From an uncultured cyanobacterium (lineage in GTDB: Bacteria; Cyanobacteriota; Cyanobacteriia; CAKZMO01): 64,000 bases of DNA. Location of the stretch: contig CAVRCJ010000005.1 of assembly GCA_963719515.1 (NCBI GenBank), positions 96,001 through 160,000 on the forward strand, given 5' to 3'. Under the pieces are notes generated by a model that was not told the DNA's origin, ran no database searches, and saw nothing but the letters and a program-made list of their open reading frames with translations. Position 1 is the first letter of the stretch. Each line of letters begins with the position of its first letter. Both the position numbers and the translations under genes were made by a program. Shown here piece by piece: positions 11,996 through 21,821 of the stretch.

Positions 11996-13476
11996 CGGGG
12001 TGATGAGGTGCTGAACTCAAAACCTCGCAAAGGCTGAGGATACGTTCGCGAGTTTCAGTCCCCTCGCGGGGTGATGGAGTGCTGAACATGGCAGACTTAT
12101 TTGACTCAGCTACTGGCTGGAATTCATGTTTCAGTCCCCTCGCGGGGTGATGGAGTGCTGAACAGTCAAGATTGACGAAGTGAAAAAACGTCAAAGTCTT
12201 GTTTCAGTCCCCTCGCGGGGTGATGGAGTGCTGAACGGTTAATGCAGTCACGGGACACCTGTGACACTGAGGTTTCAGTCCCCTCGCGGGGTGATGGAGT
12301 GCTGAACACACAATGGACCGGCTAACGGTATCTAGGGAGTAGTTTTAGTCCCCTCGCGGGGTGATGGAGTGCTGAACGGGAATTCTTAAAAACTAGCAAT
12401 AACTCAGATTAAAGGTTTCAGTCCCCTCGCGGGGTGATGGAGTGCTGAACGTTTAAGGGCGAGTATTTTGCTGTTACTCCTGAAGTTTCAGTCCCCTCGC
12501 GGGGTGATGGAGTGCTGAACTCGTACTGGATAAGTTTGAAGTCAGCCTTCTGCAAAGCAGTTTCAGTCCCCTCGCGGGGTGATGGAGTGCTGAACTATCT
12601 AGAAGGCTCAAACGAGCCTAAGATTGGAGAAATGTTTCAGTCCCCTCGCGGGGTGATGGAGTGCTGAACTGTGCGACCAGCAGCGCTTACAACCCCACCC
12701 CCGTTAGTTTCAGTCCCCTCGCGGGGTGATGGAGTTCTGAACGTGATAGAACGGTATTCGGACAATTTTAGTCCAATTGGTTTCAGTCCCCTCGCGGGGT
12801 GATGGAGTGCTGAACACCCAAGGTTTACTCGATGATCGTGGATGAAGAGGTAAGTTTCAGTCCCCTCGCGGGGTGATGGAGTGCTGAACATCTGTGGCAC
12901 TTCGCCAATGACCAGGTGCCAGTCGGGTTTCAGTCCCCTCGCGGGGTGATGGAGTGCTGAACCTATCGAGACCTGAACTTTCCTGGGCTGGATCAAGAAA
13001 TGGTTTCAGTCCCCTCGCGGGGTGATGGAGTGCTGAACATCTACTGGGATGCCATGTTGTTTTAGGCAACCCGTTTAGTTTCAGTCCCCTCGCGGGGTGA
13101 TGGAGTGCTGAACTTCAAGTGCGGCAGCCAAGATTCTGGAAGGTGAGACAGGTTTCAGTCCCCTCGCGGGGTGATGGAGTGCTGAACACGAAATGTTACA
13201 GCGAATTCAATGGCAGTTAAAAGTTTCAGTCCCCTCGCGGGGTGATGGAGTGCTGAACTGAACCCAATGCAGGGAAACGACACTGTACTTGGTGGTTTCA
13301 GTCCCCTCGCGGGGTGATGGAGTGCTGAACGAAAAAGCCTGCTCCGGGGCCTGGAAGACAAGAAACAGTTTCAGTCCCCTCGCGGGGTGATGGAGTGCTG
13401 AACCGTAATGTTCAAGAGCCACTTAGAAAGCGTGGTACGAGTTTCAGTCCCCTCGCGGGGTGATGGAGTGCTGAAC
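11996..13476 (-). CRISPR. CRISPR array 1: 20 intact 36-nt repeats plus the split terminal repeat, 20 spacers
   Basis: Minus-strand repeat GTTCAGCACTCCATCACCCCGCGAGGGGACTGAAAC from 12052 to 13476. Leader is on the high-coordinate side and the degenerate repeat is at the trailer end. Confidence 0.97.
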
Positions 13477-13660
13477 CCTCGGCTTTTGAAAGCCTTACAG
13501 GAAGCGACCTCCAGACCCCACTTTGCAGGGGGGTCTAAATACTTTGTCAATAAGGCAATTCTCTGAGCAACTAGAAAGCTCAAAAAACGGCTGAAACCCT
13601 TACCTGACAAAGGCTTTAGGGGGGTCAACGTAATAATGCGGTTTTCAAGGTTCGGCCTAC
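13477..13660 (-). promoter_or_regulatory. CRISPR leader of array 1
   Basis: Contains GGTCAACGTAATAATGCGGTTTTCAAGGTTCGG (13623-13655), a motif shared with three other leaders. Confidence 0.8.
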
Positions 13661-13946
13661 CCCCCTACACTAACACTTCAGCACAAAAGCTCTGCAGACG
13701 TAATACATTCTTTAGAATCTCCCTCAAGCGGCTCAAACTTTTACTTGACAAGACTTTGACCTCCCTCCGTATCAACAACACTGGCCCGAAAAACACTTGG
13801 TTTGTGGGGCCAGTGTCGGCGCTGCACTAGCCCCATTTCTGGAAATGCGGAAACTGCACAAAAGTGAATCAAAGATGATGAGCGCCTAGAATATCCCTAT
13901 CGATATGTCTCAATTCTAGGCGATCGCACCTGTAGCCAAGTGCCAG

Positions 13947-14347
13947 CTACCGTTTCCAGCGCATTGGACGATAGGTCTCCTGCTCCCCTGTTAAACAACG
14001 CACATACTCCCACACCTGCAGCTCAAAGATGCGCCAGTGGCTTACCTTGAGGCCGGTTTGTGGATGAAGGACTTCCTGAAGTAGGCGCTTCTCCCACACC
14101 GTCAAAAACCGCTTCAGTCCATCAGGATGTAGATAAACCCCGCCCCTGGCATCCGGTGGCGTAAAGTCCTCAGGCATCAGCGCCTTGGAGTTGACCACAT
14201 AAGCTACTATCGAATCCACCACTAACGCTCTGAACTCTTCGATCAGGTCAGATACCAGTGCGGGATGATTCTCGCGAGGCACATGCAAATTGCCAAAGTG
14301 TTCAGCCGCTTCAGCAGCAGCCGAGAATTATGCAGCTTCGCCTGCAC
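13947..14347 (-). pseudogene. cas1: cas1 remnant, truncated and internally deleted
   Basis: C-terminal HFGNLHVPRENHPALVSDLIEEFRA is joined out of frame to an upstream Cas1 segment VQAKLHNSRLLLKRLN. Confidence 0.85.
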
Positions 14348-14551
14348 GCTCGCTTGCAAAGACGTAGCTTTCATCGCGATCGCCCGCAACAGGCGTCATC
14401 TTTCCCGCACTGGGTGAGCAAGCCAACCCCACTGCGACAAGATTCAACATCACGTCAAGCTTGGGCAAGGCCAGCGTCAGCACCGCTCAAAGCCCGTAAA
14501 TTAAAGGGCACCTTACAGATGTACCTAAAATTACATCCGACATCAGATCCA

Positions 14552-15037
14552 ATGCCCACAATCAATTCAATCAGCACCACCCTCACCCCCGAAGACCAGC
14601 AGCAGATCGCCTCGGCCATTGCCACCATCCGAGAGCGGCTCCCCTTCCTGCTCAATCTCTCCCCCAGCCAGCGCCGAGAGCTGCCCAAAATGGGCGACAA
14701 AAGCCGCGCCTTCGTGCAAAACGCCCTCACCGTCGCCCGCCAAAACCCCAACATCTTGCCCCGCTCGTTCGACTTCGAGGAAATGGAGCGAGACGTTCAG
14801 CTGTTTGAGGCGATCGCGCCCCTGCTGCTCTCCGTCGCCCAACTGCACGAGCTGCTAGACGATACCCTGCTGGCGGTGGGCAGCGAGTCCTACACCGCAG
14901 CCCTCAAGGTCTACAACTACACCAAGGTCAGCGGCCAGATGGACGGCCTCGACGCTGCCATGCGGGAGATGGGCCAGCGGTTCACACGTTCTCCGAGGAC
15001 CAGCCCACAGGGGAGCGCACTCCCGCAAGAAGGCTAA
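14552..15037 (+). CDS. conserved hypothetical alpha-helical protein
   Basis: 161-aa ORF with gene-like composition (LPFLLNLSPSQRRELPKMGDKS, GSESYTAALKVY). Function not recognised. Confidence 0.65.
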   Translation: MPTINSISTTLTPEDQQQIASAIATIRERLPFLLNLSPSQRRELPKMGDKSRAFVQNALTVARQNPNILPRSFDFEEMERDVQLFEAIAPLLLSVAQLHELLDDTLLAVGSESYTAALKVYNYTKVSGQMDGLDAAMREMGQRFTRSPRTSPQGSALPQEG

Positions 15038-15109
15038 GCGTTCTGACCCAGGGTGCATGAATTGAATACCATCTGCGTCCCTGGAGCATTCTTGGGGCGC
15101 TTTTTAGTT

Positions 15110-15365
15110 ATTAAGCTCGACGGGCGAGGCTCTAAGCTTGGTAGGCGAAGCTCTAGATTTGATAGGTGAGGCCCTGAGCTCGGCGAGTCGAGTTCCTGAG
15201 CTCGAAGGGTGAGGTTCGTGGCTTGACCTTCGAGGGTTTGGGCTCGGACTACAAAGCTCTGAGCTCGGCGAGCGGGGCTCAAAGCTCGGGCGGTGAAGTT
15301 CTCTGCCCGGACCGCGAAGTTCTAGGCTCGGCGAGTGGGGTTCAAAGTTTTGGGGATGAGGCTTG
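15110..15365. repeat. degenerate ~21-bp tandem repeat
   Basis: Units such as TAAGCTCGACGGGCGAGGCTC, TAAGCTTGGTAGGCGAAGCTC and TGAGCTCGGCGAGCGGGGCTC. Confidence 0.65.
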
Positions 15366-15439
15366 GCGCTCCTTAAGAGACTTGGGCGGTTTTAAGACGA
15401 GCCTTGTGGCCCAGGTGCCCTTGCCCAAGTCCTGGAAAG

Positions 15440-15612
15440 CCCTCACCCCCGGCCCCTCTCCCAAATTTGGGAGAGAGGGGAGTTTGGTTCACTTAGTAGC
15501 CCGATTTCGAGGGACGGGACAGAGTCCCTCTCCGAAGCCTAGGAGACAAATTCTAGGCTCCTTCAGGTTCCCCTTCTCCCGAGTTCGGGAGAAGGGGCTA
15601 GGGGATGAGGGC
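15440..15612. repeat. REP-like palindromic repeat pair
   Basis: CCCTCACCCCCGGCCCCTCTCCCAA...GGGAGAG plus an inverted copy ending GGGGATGAGGG. The same family occurs at 24.4-26.1 kb. Confidence 0.7.
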
Positions 15613-15719
15613 CATCACGATTGGCAATGTGGATACCTTTAATTGCAGAAGCTGCCAAACGCCGGGAACCTTCAAGCCATGGCACTGGCCCTACAATTAA
15701 AATAGCGCTCTCGATTGCC

Positions 15720-16361
15720 GTGATTCTCCTCAACTATTCTACCACTGAGCTCAACTGCTCCGACTCGGAAGAGTATCGGATTTTGAGCGATGTCTCCTGG
15801 ACCCAATACCAGACGCTACTCAAAGAGCTAGCGAATACCGCCTACCGCGTCTCATATCTCAATGGCGTCTTAGAAGTTGTGGCCCCCAGCCGCCGCCACG
15901 AAAGCAGCAAAACCCGTATTGGCGACCTGCTGCTGATTTATTTTCTGGAAACCAATACGGAATACTTCCCCATGGGCTCGACGACGCTAAGGCAAGAGCA
16001 GCAGGCAGGTGGGGAACCGGATGAGAGCTACTGCATCGGTAGCGACAAGGCGGTCCCTGATCTGGCGATTGAGGTGATCGTCACCAGCGGCAGCATCAAC
16101 CGGCTGGCGCTCTATCAGCGCCTAGGCGTACGGGAAGTGTGGTTTTGGCAGGATGACGCATTCGCGCTGTATCACCAGCACCCAGGCGGGTTTGAGCAGT
16201 ACCCCGACACCTCTGGGTACGAGCCAGTGACGAGCAGCAGGCTACTGCCAGGCCTAGATATTGCCCTGCTAACGGCCTGCGTACGCAATCCAGGTCCGCT
16301 AGCGACAGTGAAGAAATTTCGGCAGCGGCTACAGGCAGACGAATCTCAAGATAAATCGTGA
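15720..16361 (+). CDS. Uma2-family endonuclease
   Basis: GEPDESYC, PDLAIEVIVTS and YQRLGVREVW motifs. Confidence 0.88.
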   Translation: MILLNYSTTELNCSDSEEYRILSDVSWTQYQTLLKELANTAYRVSYLNGVLEVVAPSRRHESSKTRIGDLLLIYFLETNTEYFPMGSTTLRQEQQAGGEPDESYCIGSDKAVPDLAIEVIVTSGSINRLALYQRLGVREVWFWQDDAFALYHQHPGGFEQYPDTSGYEPVTSSRLLPGLDIALLTACVRNPGPLATVKKFRQRLQADESQDKS

Positions 16362-17109
16362 GTGGTATGCCCCATCCCCAGCCGCGTTTCGCACCTGTGC
16401 CACAGAAGCTAGCGTAGCGCAGCAATAGATGGGCAACGTTAGCCAGCAGCGGGTCGGCTCGTGACAATACGCGAAGCGAAACGCTACCGGTAAACCCAGA
16501 AATACGGCTGCTGTGGACCTGAAACGATCGCGTCTGGATGCGGTGATGGGATAGGGCGATCGCTCCCCGAAGTAGCTCACCAAATCGTCCCCACCGAGGT
16601 AAACCGGCGCAAAGTGGTTCCAGCGCTCTAGCCAGCTGCGAAACATTAGGGTAGGCACAGGGAGCGGTAGGTAAAGTTTGCTTTGAGAAAAGGCCGTTGG
16701 TGTCGCAAATCTCAGGTCGAATTGCCGCACCGGGTCCGGCTCGCTAGCAACGTACTCGTGATACAGCGTCTCGTAGCTGGTGACTTCGTCCTCGCGGTTG
16801 ACGATGTTGAAGCGGGCTCCCAGGGACTGGAGCTGATCACCTAAGTCGAGGGAGGCGATGGCCTTGGATGAGGGCTCCTGTAAGCCGCTGAGGGAGAGCT
16901 GGTAGAGAGCTCGCCCGGCTAAAGGTGACGAACTCTTTAGACGTTCTGCAGTGGCCTAAAATTCCCGAAAAGGTAGTCGAGGGTGTAGCTTCGCTGCCCA
17001 TCTCAATTTGGAGCTGGGTATGGAGCAGTTTGGATAGTTCTAGACCGTAGGACTTGGGTAGGGAAACTGTGGTGTCGGTGGTCAGCGTCCAGGATGAGCG
17101 AATGAGCAT
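16346..17109 (-). pseudogene. cas6: Cas6 endoribonuclease, frameshifted in this sequence
   Basis: FATPTAF, PLPVPTLMFRSWLERWN and the C-terminal FCGTGAK-x-RLGMG Gly loop are spread over several frames. Confidence 0.85.
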
Positions 17110-17111
17110 GG

Positions 17112-18387
17112 TTACACCGCCTTTAGCTCAATCCAGCCAGGAACGTATTTGATTTCCCCTCTAGAATTCATGATGGTTCGTCGGGATTTAGGCGCTTCAA
17201 AATCCGGTGCTTTGATGCCGCAGGCGTCGCGAATATCGCCTACTAGCTCATCTGGCATCAACAGATTGACCGTTGTGCCCCGAAAGCCGCTGCCCCAACC
17301 CAGCCGCAGCGTATGGGGGCAGACCTCCGGCTCGTAGATGTCTTGAATATCGCCAAAGTCCAGATTGCGTCCCTGAGCATTGGGGTTATTCTGCACCGCC
17401 GCCCAATAGTCGTGCTCAAAATCCCACTGGTCTTGGGCAAACTCGCGGCAGATTTGCAGTAGGTCATCCACGGATTGAAAGGGCAACTGCATCCCCGCAT
17501 TGTGGTGGAACCAGGACAGCATCCGTGGTCAATGCTGAGGGTGAATTCGGTCGGCACGTTGAACACCATCTGGCGTAGATGGAGGCGCGGTACTTGGCGC
17601 GGTAGTCCGGGAAACGGCTGGAGACGACGACTTCAGTCACCACTGGCAAATTTCTGAAGATGGGGCGCTTTCCCTGCGCTGCACCTTCTCCTCAATCAGC
17701 GGCTCCGTGTCTGATACTTGAATTGCCCGCATGATGTCGGTATTGGGTCCCTGCCGCGCTTTCACTTCCCGACCTGGTAGCGGAGGCCAAAGTTGGTAAA
17801 TAGCTCATCCATAAACGCCGCATCGTCAAAGAACTCGGCCTTGCGTCGCAGCTCTCCATCGATTTGCGGAGCCTGTCCTCAATGGCGCTCACGCGGTGTT
17901 GCTTAGGCACTTTGTAGCGGTCAGCGTGCTTCAGCAAGATGGTAGGCGATCGCCGTCCGCAGCGCCCCTTTAATAGAGGAGCCGGGAATGTAGTGGTGGT
18001 TGAACCCATTGCGAATCATGGGCCGTAAATCGGTGATGCGATCGTTGACCCAGTCCAGGCTGCGGGACTCTCTCGGGGAAAGAGAGGCTGTCCGTCTTCT
18101 GTAGTCATCCGCACCCAGTCATCCCCGAAGGCATCGTTTAGCAGGTCGCCGATCGACTCGCGATCTTCAATGCAATGCACATAGTCATTCAAAAAGCCCC
18201 GCTGCTTAAGGGCCTTTGCCAGCGCTTCTGAGTCCGGCAGATAGACAAATCGATTGGCCTGCACGTATTCGAACGGGTTGAGCCGCGAGACCGCTGAGCC
18301 GATGTGCAGGATTCGGCTGGTAAGACGAATCTGCTTAGTCTCGTAGATGCTGGGTTTGGGCAGCGGTGAGTTAGTTGCGGAGGTCAT
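17112..18387 (-). pseudogene. csm5: Csm5 RAMP protein, frameshifted
   Basis: LHIGS near the N-terminus, an IPGSSIKGA-R-like segment and LRLGWGSG...PKSRR...PGW at the C-terminus; fits its operon position. Confidence 0.8.
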
Positions 18388-18795
18388 ACCAGTTCTCTAT
18401 GCTGAGGTGGAGAAGCCTGCGTAATCGCTGATGTTTCGGGTAACTAGAATCAAGTTGTTCGTGTGGGCGATCGCAGCAATCTGTCCATCTACGAAGGGAG
18501 GTGTTGCCAAGCTCGCCCAGTCTCGCGCGCTCTGCGGCGTGCCATGTAGCACTTTCAGCGTCATATGATAGGAGTGGGACTGTCTTTCGAACGACGTTAG
18601 CTAGATAGGACTCAATCGCCTGCCGCTTTCGCGATTCCGCCAACCGTTGGCAACCGAACCACATTTCGTGCCAGACGACTGAAGCTGTGCTGACTTGCTC
18701 ACGGTAATGTTCTAATTGTTTCAGACACTGAGGCTGGTACGCTTCCGCACTGGCTCGGAGAGAATATTTGTATCTAAGAGGTAGCGTAAACTCAT
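18371..18795 (-). pseudogene. VapC-like PIN toxin, frameshifted
   Basis: Starts MSLRYLLDTNILSEP, then TASVVWHE and IENW in other frames. Confidence 0.75.
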
Positions 18796-19069
18796 CGATC
18801 AACTTCTCGCCCTGGAGATGAATTGCTCAGCCCTTCAAACACGTCAGCCTCAATTCCCTCAGCTTCTATGTTAAATTCACGTCGAAACGCTGTTAGAGCA
18901 TCCCAGAAGTCAGGTTTGGATATTGTTAGTCGCTCATAATTCTGGCTAGAGACCAAGACCGCAACTCGTCTACCTGATTTCAAGATTTCAACTAGAGTGC
19001 CCTGTTCTACCTCAGCCATGATGTCGCTGAGCTGAGTTGGGCCTGCTCGATTGAATATTGACTGGGCAT
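18792..19069 (-). pseudogene. Phd/YefM-like antitoxin, frameshifted near its start
   Basis: GGAGG ribosome-binding site, then MPSQYSIEQA...EVEQGTLVEILKSGRRVAVLVS; coupled to the PIN gene. Confidence 0.7.
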
Positions 19070-19076
19070 GGTCCTC

Positions 19077-20279
19077 CTAATTGGCTAAGCCACTTCTTCC
19101 TTTAGCTGGACAGACAAACTCAGAGCAACCCCGCTGCGATAGACCGAATGTCGCAGGCCCGGGTGCGGGCCAATTCACCGCTGCCGTCATCGAATATCCG
19201 GGCGTCACGTCAGCCAGCCGCCCGACAGGCTGCTTCGGAAAGACCGACCCCTCGGTAAACATGCGAATCATTTGGCGGCGGAGTTGGCGACCAGAGGGGG
19301 AGGCAATCCAGCCGCCTCGATCTTGAACGCCGTAGCGAGCGCTCTCCCCCAGCCAGGTTCGATTTAGGCTCTTGTCCCAAAACAGGCTGATTAGGCCGTG
19401 ATGGTCACCCCCCTCAAAATTGCACCATTGCCGTCCAATCAGCAGGCAGCTCCTCCCACGCACACACCGTGAACCGGCCCGCCCCGCTAGAGCGCTCGCC
19501 CCCCACGCCCGTTTCGCCAAGCACCGTCAGCGTCTGGCGCAGCTCCTGCTCTAGCTCAGGTGCAGCCTCGGGAAGCTCTAGCAAGAAGTACAGCCCGGCT
19601 AATTGCTCGACATTTGGATCGCCCCAGTCCTCAGTGCTTCCGCGCCCCGGCTGCCAAGCGAACTGAATCAGCCCGGTGTGGTAGAGGTTTGTGGCGCGAG
19701 TGGTGCGATCGATGGCAACTTTGGGTAGGGTGTAGCGGGTGAAGGCATCGCCATAGCTAAACGTTTCTGCTTGGGCAAGGGCGGTGGGGAAAGCTCCACC
19801 ATCGGCTTTGCTTTCCTTAGTCTCGCGCTTTTTGAGTTCTTCCCCATCCTCAACCGCAAACCCATTGCCCTGGTACCAGCGCTGCCAAACTGACTTGGGC
19901 AGATAGGTCAGTTTTTTATAGGCCTTGGCAAAGCTCAAATCATCGTCGGGATCACACCAGGTGGACCTCCGGCTAGCTTGGGGAGGTAGTCAATGAAACC
20001 ATCTCCCTGGCGACGATAAACGAAGGTGGAGCTGAGGCGAAACAGGCGGAGCTGTGGAGGGACCTAAAAACTGCTATCGCCCAGCACTTCTACTTCGGGT
20101 TTATCGCCAACAGCATCCCCAGGTTGGTTGAAATAATCTCTGGCATAGGTGCTGATCAAGGCGCTAAACAACGTATCCGACTGCAGCCGCTCGGTAGTTT
20201 CTTCTAGGCCAATGCCCACTTGCCCAAAATGGGTTGGGCTGCGCCCAAAGTTGAGGCGCACTAGTCTCCATTCGCTCAT
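19077..20279 (-). pseudogene. csm4: Csm4 RAMP protein, frameshifted
   Basis: HFGQVGIGLE, SDTLFSAL, PKVAIDR, GVGGERSSGAGRF and FTEGSVF motifs. Confidence 0.85.
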
Positions 20280-20320
20280 GGCTGTCCTCTAGTTTTCCTC
20301 TGGCTTTCCTCTAGCTATTC

Positions 20321-21300
20321 TCAATCGCCACCGGGCAACAGTCGCTCAACCTCAACAGTTAGGTCGCCAAAGCGTTCTAGCAGCATAGTCGTATTGTCCA
20401 GCGTCAGAATCGGATCTGAAAAGTTAGCGCCAGCGGCTGTAATCTGCCGGTACTGCTCCACGCTGCGGTAGTAAAACTTGAAATTCTCAAACCGCACTTT
20501 GCCGTAGCCCCGCGACCCGTGGCCGCCTAGGGCGTCGTCTTCAAGGATAGCGAGGGCGATCGCAATGTTCTTGAGGTCTTCTACCGCCTGGGTTTTGTTT
20601 TCTACGGTGTAAACCAGCTCAAAATAAAGATCAGCACCAGCCGGGACGCGCTCACTCTGACGGGGGTTGGCGGCGGCGGTGATGCGATCGAGGCCGTTTT
20701 CGAATTTCCAGCTCAATTTCATAAAAACCAGGCCCGGTATCGATTTTTCTTCGAGCTGCTGGCAGACTGGGGCGAACAGTGGCATCGCGGCCATCCGTAA
20801 AGCCGGGCGTTAAGCCTTTTGGTGCGATTGTACTTTGCAACCATCAGATCGGTCGCAGAAATTAATGCGTCGATATCGTCAGCTAGTCCTGGTAAAGGGC
20901 GATCACCGGGCAGTCCAGGCGTTTTCCTCCCCCGTAGATCCAAACAGTTTTGGCTTTGCATTTATTGGCCGCCGATATCGCGCACATATTGACCATCGCC
21001 AATATCGGTGAAGCCATCCACTAGGTCATCGCTTTCGTAGCGATAGGTGCCGCTGCCGCCAGCGCGGTTGAGCGGCTTATTTAACAGCCGCTCCAAGGTC
21101 GCCCGCAGCTTGCCCTTAATCGAAGAACCTGGTAGATAAGGCTGCTGGGTGACCGGGTCGCGAATGACTGATTTATCTAGCCCGCCAATATCCAGCGTCT
21201 CGCCGCCGCCACCGATGTGGAGCCCTGTTTCTGCAGTCAAGGTACTCACCAGCCTTAGCTTTCCGAGCAGCGGCTTCTGGTCTCTGGTCACAACGGTCAT
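20321..21300 (-). pseudogene. csm3: Csm3 (Cas7-like) RAMP protein, frameshifted
   Basis: TGLHIGG, PYLPGSSIKGKLR, KFENGLDRIT, ERVPAG and LGGHGSRGYG motifs. Confidence 0.9.
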
Positions 21301-21302
21301 AA

Positions 21303-21821
21303 TTAGCGGCCTCCCGCAGCTTTGTGATAGGCAATGATAGATTCGATCATCTGAACCAGGCGCTCGAAGTCCTTGCGGTTATAGGTTTTGTTGATTGCCC
21401 GCTGACATCACGTTGCTGAGTGGCTGTCCAGCGTCTTGCCGGGCGGCGGCGTAGGCCAGCTTCGGGTTTAAGAAGGATGATATCAGACTCAATCTTGGCG
21501 AATAGTTCAGCGGCGCGGCGCTCTTTCTCCGCTTCAGACTGTATCTCTTCTTCAGGTACTACTGTATCGCCTTGGGCAAGCTGCGCTTTGAGGCGGTTGA
21601 TGGCATGCAAAAACTTGCGAATTTAGTTAGTCTCCGCACAGCCAGTTTTCGGAGAAATGGACCGAATGCTTCTGCGCATGCTCCACCGGGTACGATCCCA
21701 TAACCCGCCAAGCTATCCAACCCGTTGATTTCGTCAGTCATCTGTTTGGTAATGCTGACGAACCTGTATTCACTACGGCGCAGGGACGATTGGGTTTATC
21801 AATTATCTTGTTCTTGGCCAT
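21303..21821 (-). pseudogene. csm2: Csm2 small subunit, frameshifted
   Basis: TNQIRKF-type and LLKP segments, ending DFERLVQMIESIIAYHKAAGG; lies directly after cas10. Confidence 0.8.

Noticed and set aside
11799..13628. ORFs with repeated SALHHPARGLK or FSTPSPREGTET peptides (similar ones at 29911-31070 and 24954-25421)
   Set aside because: They are translations of CRISPR repeats and leaders.
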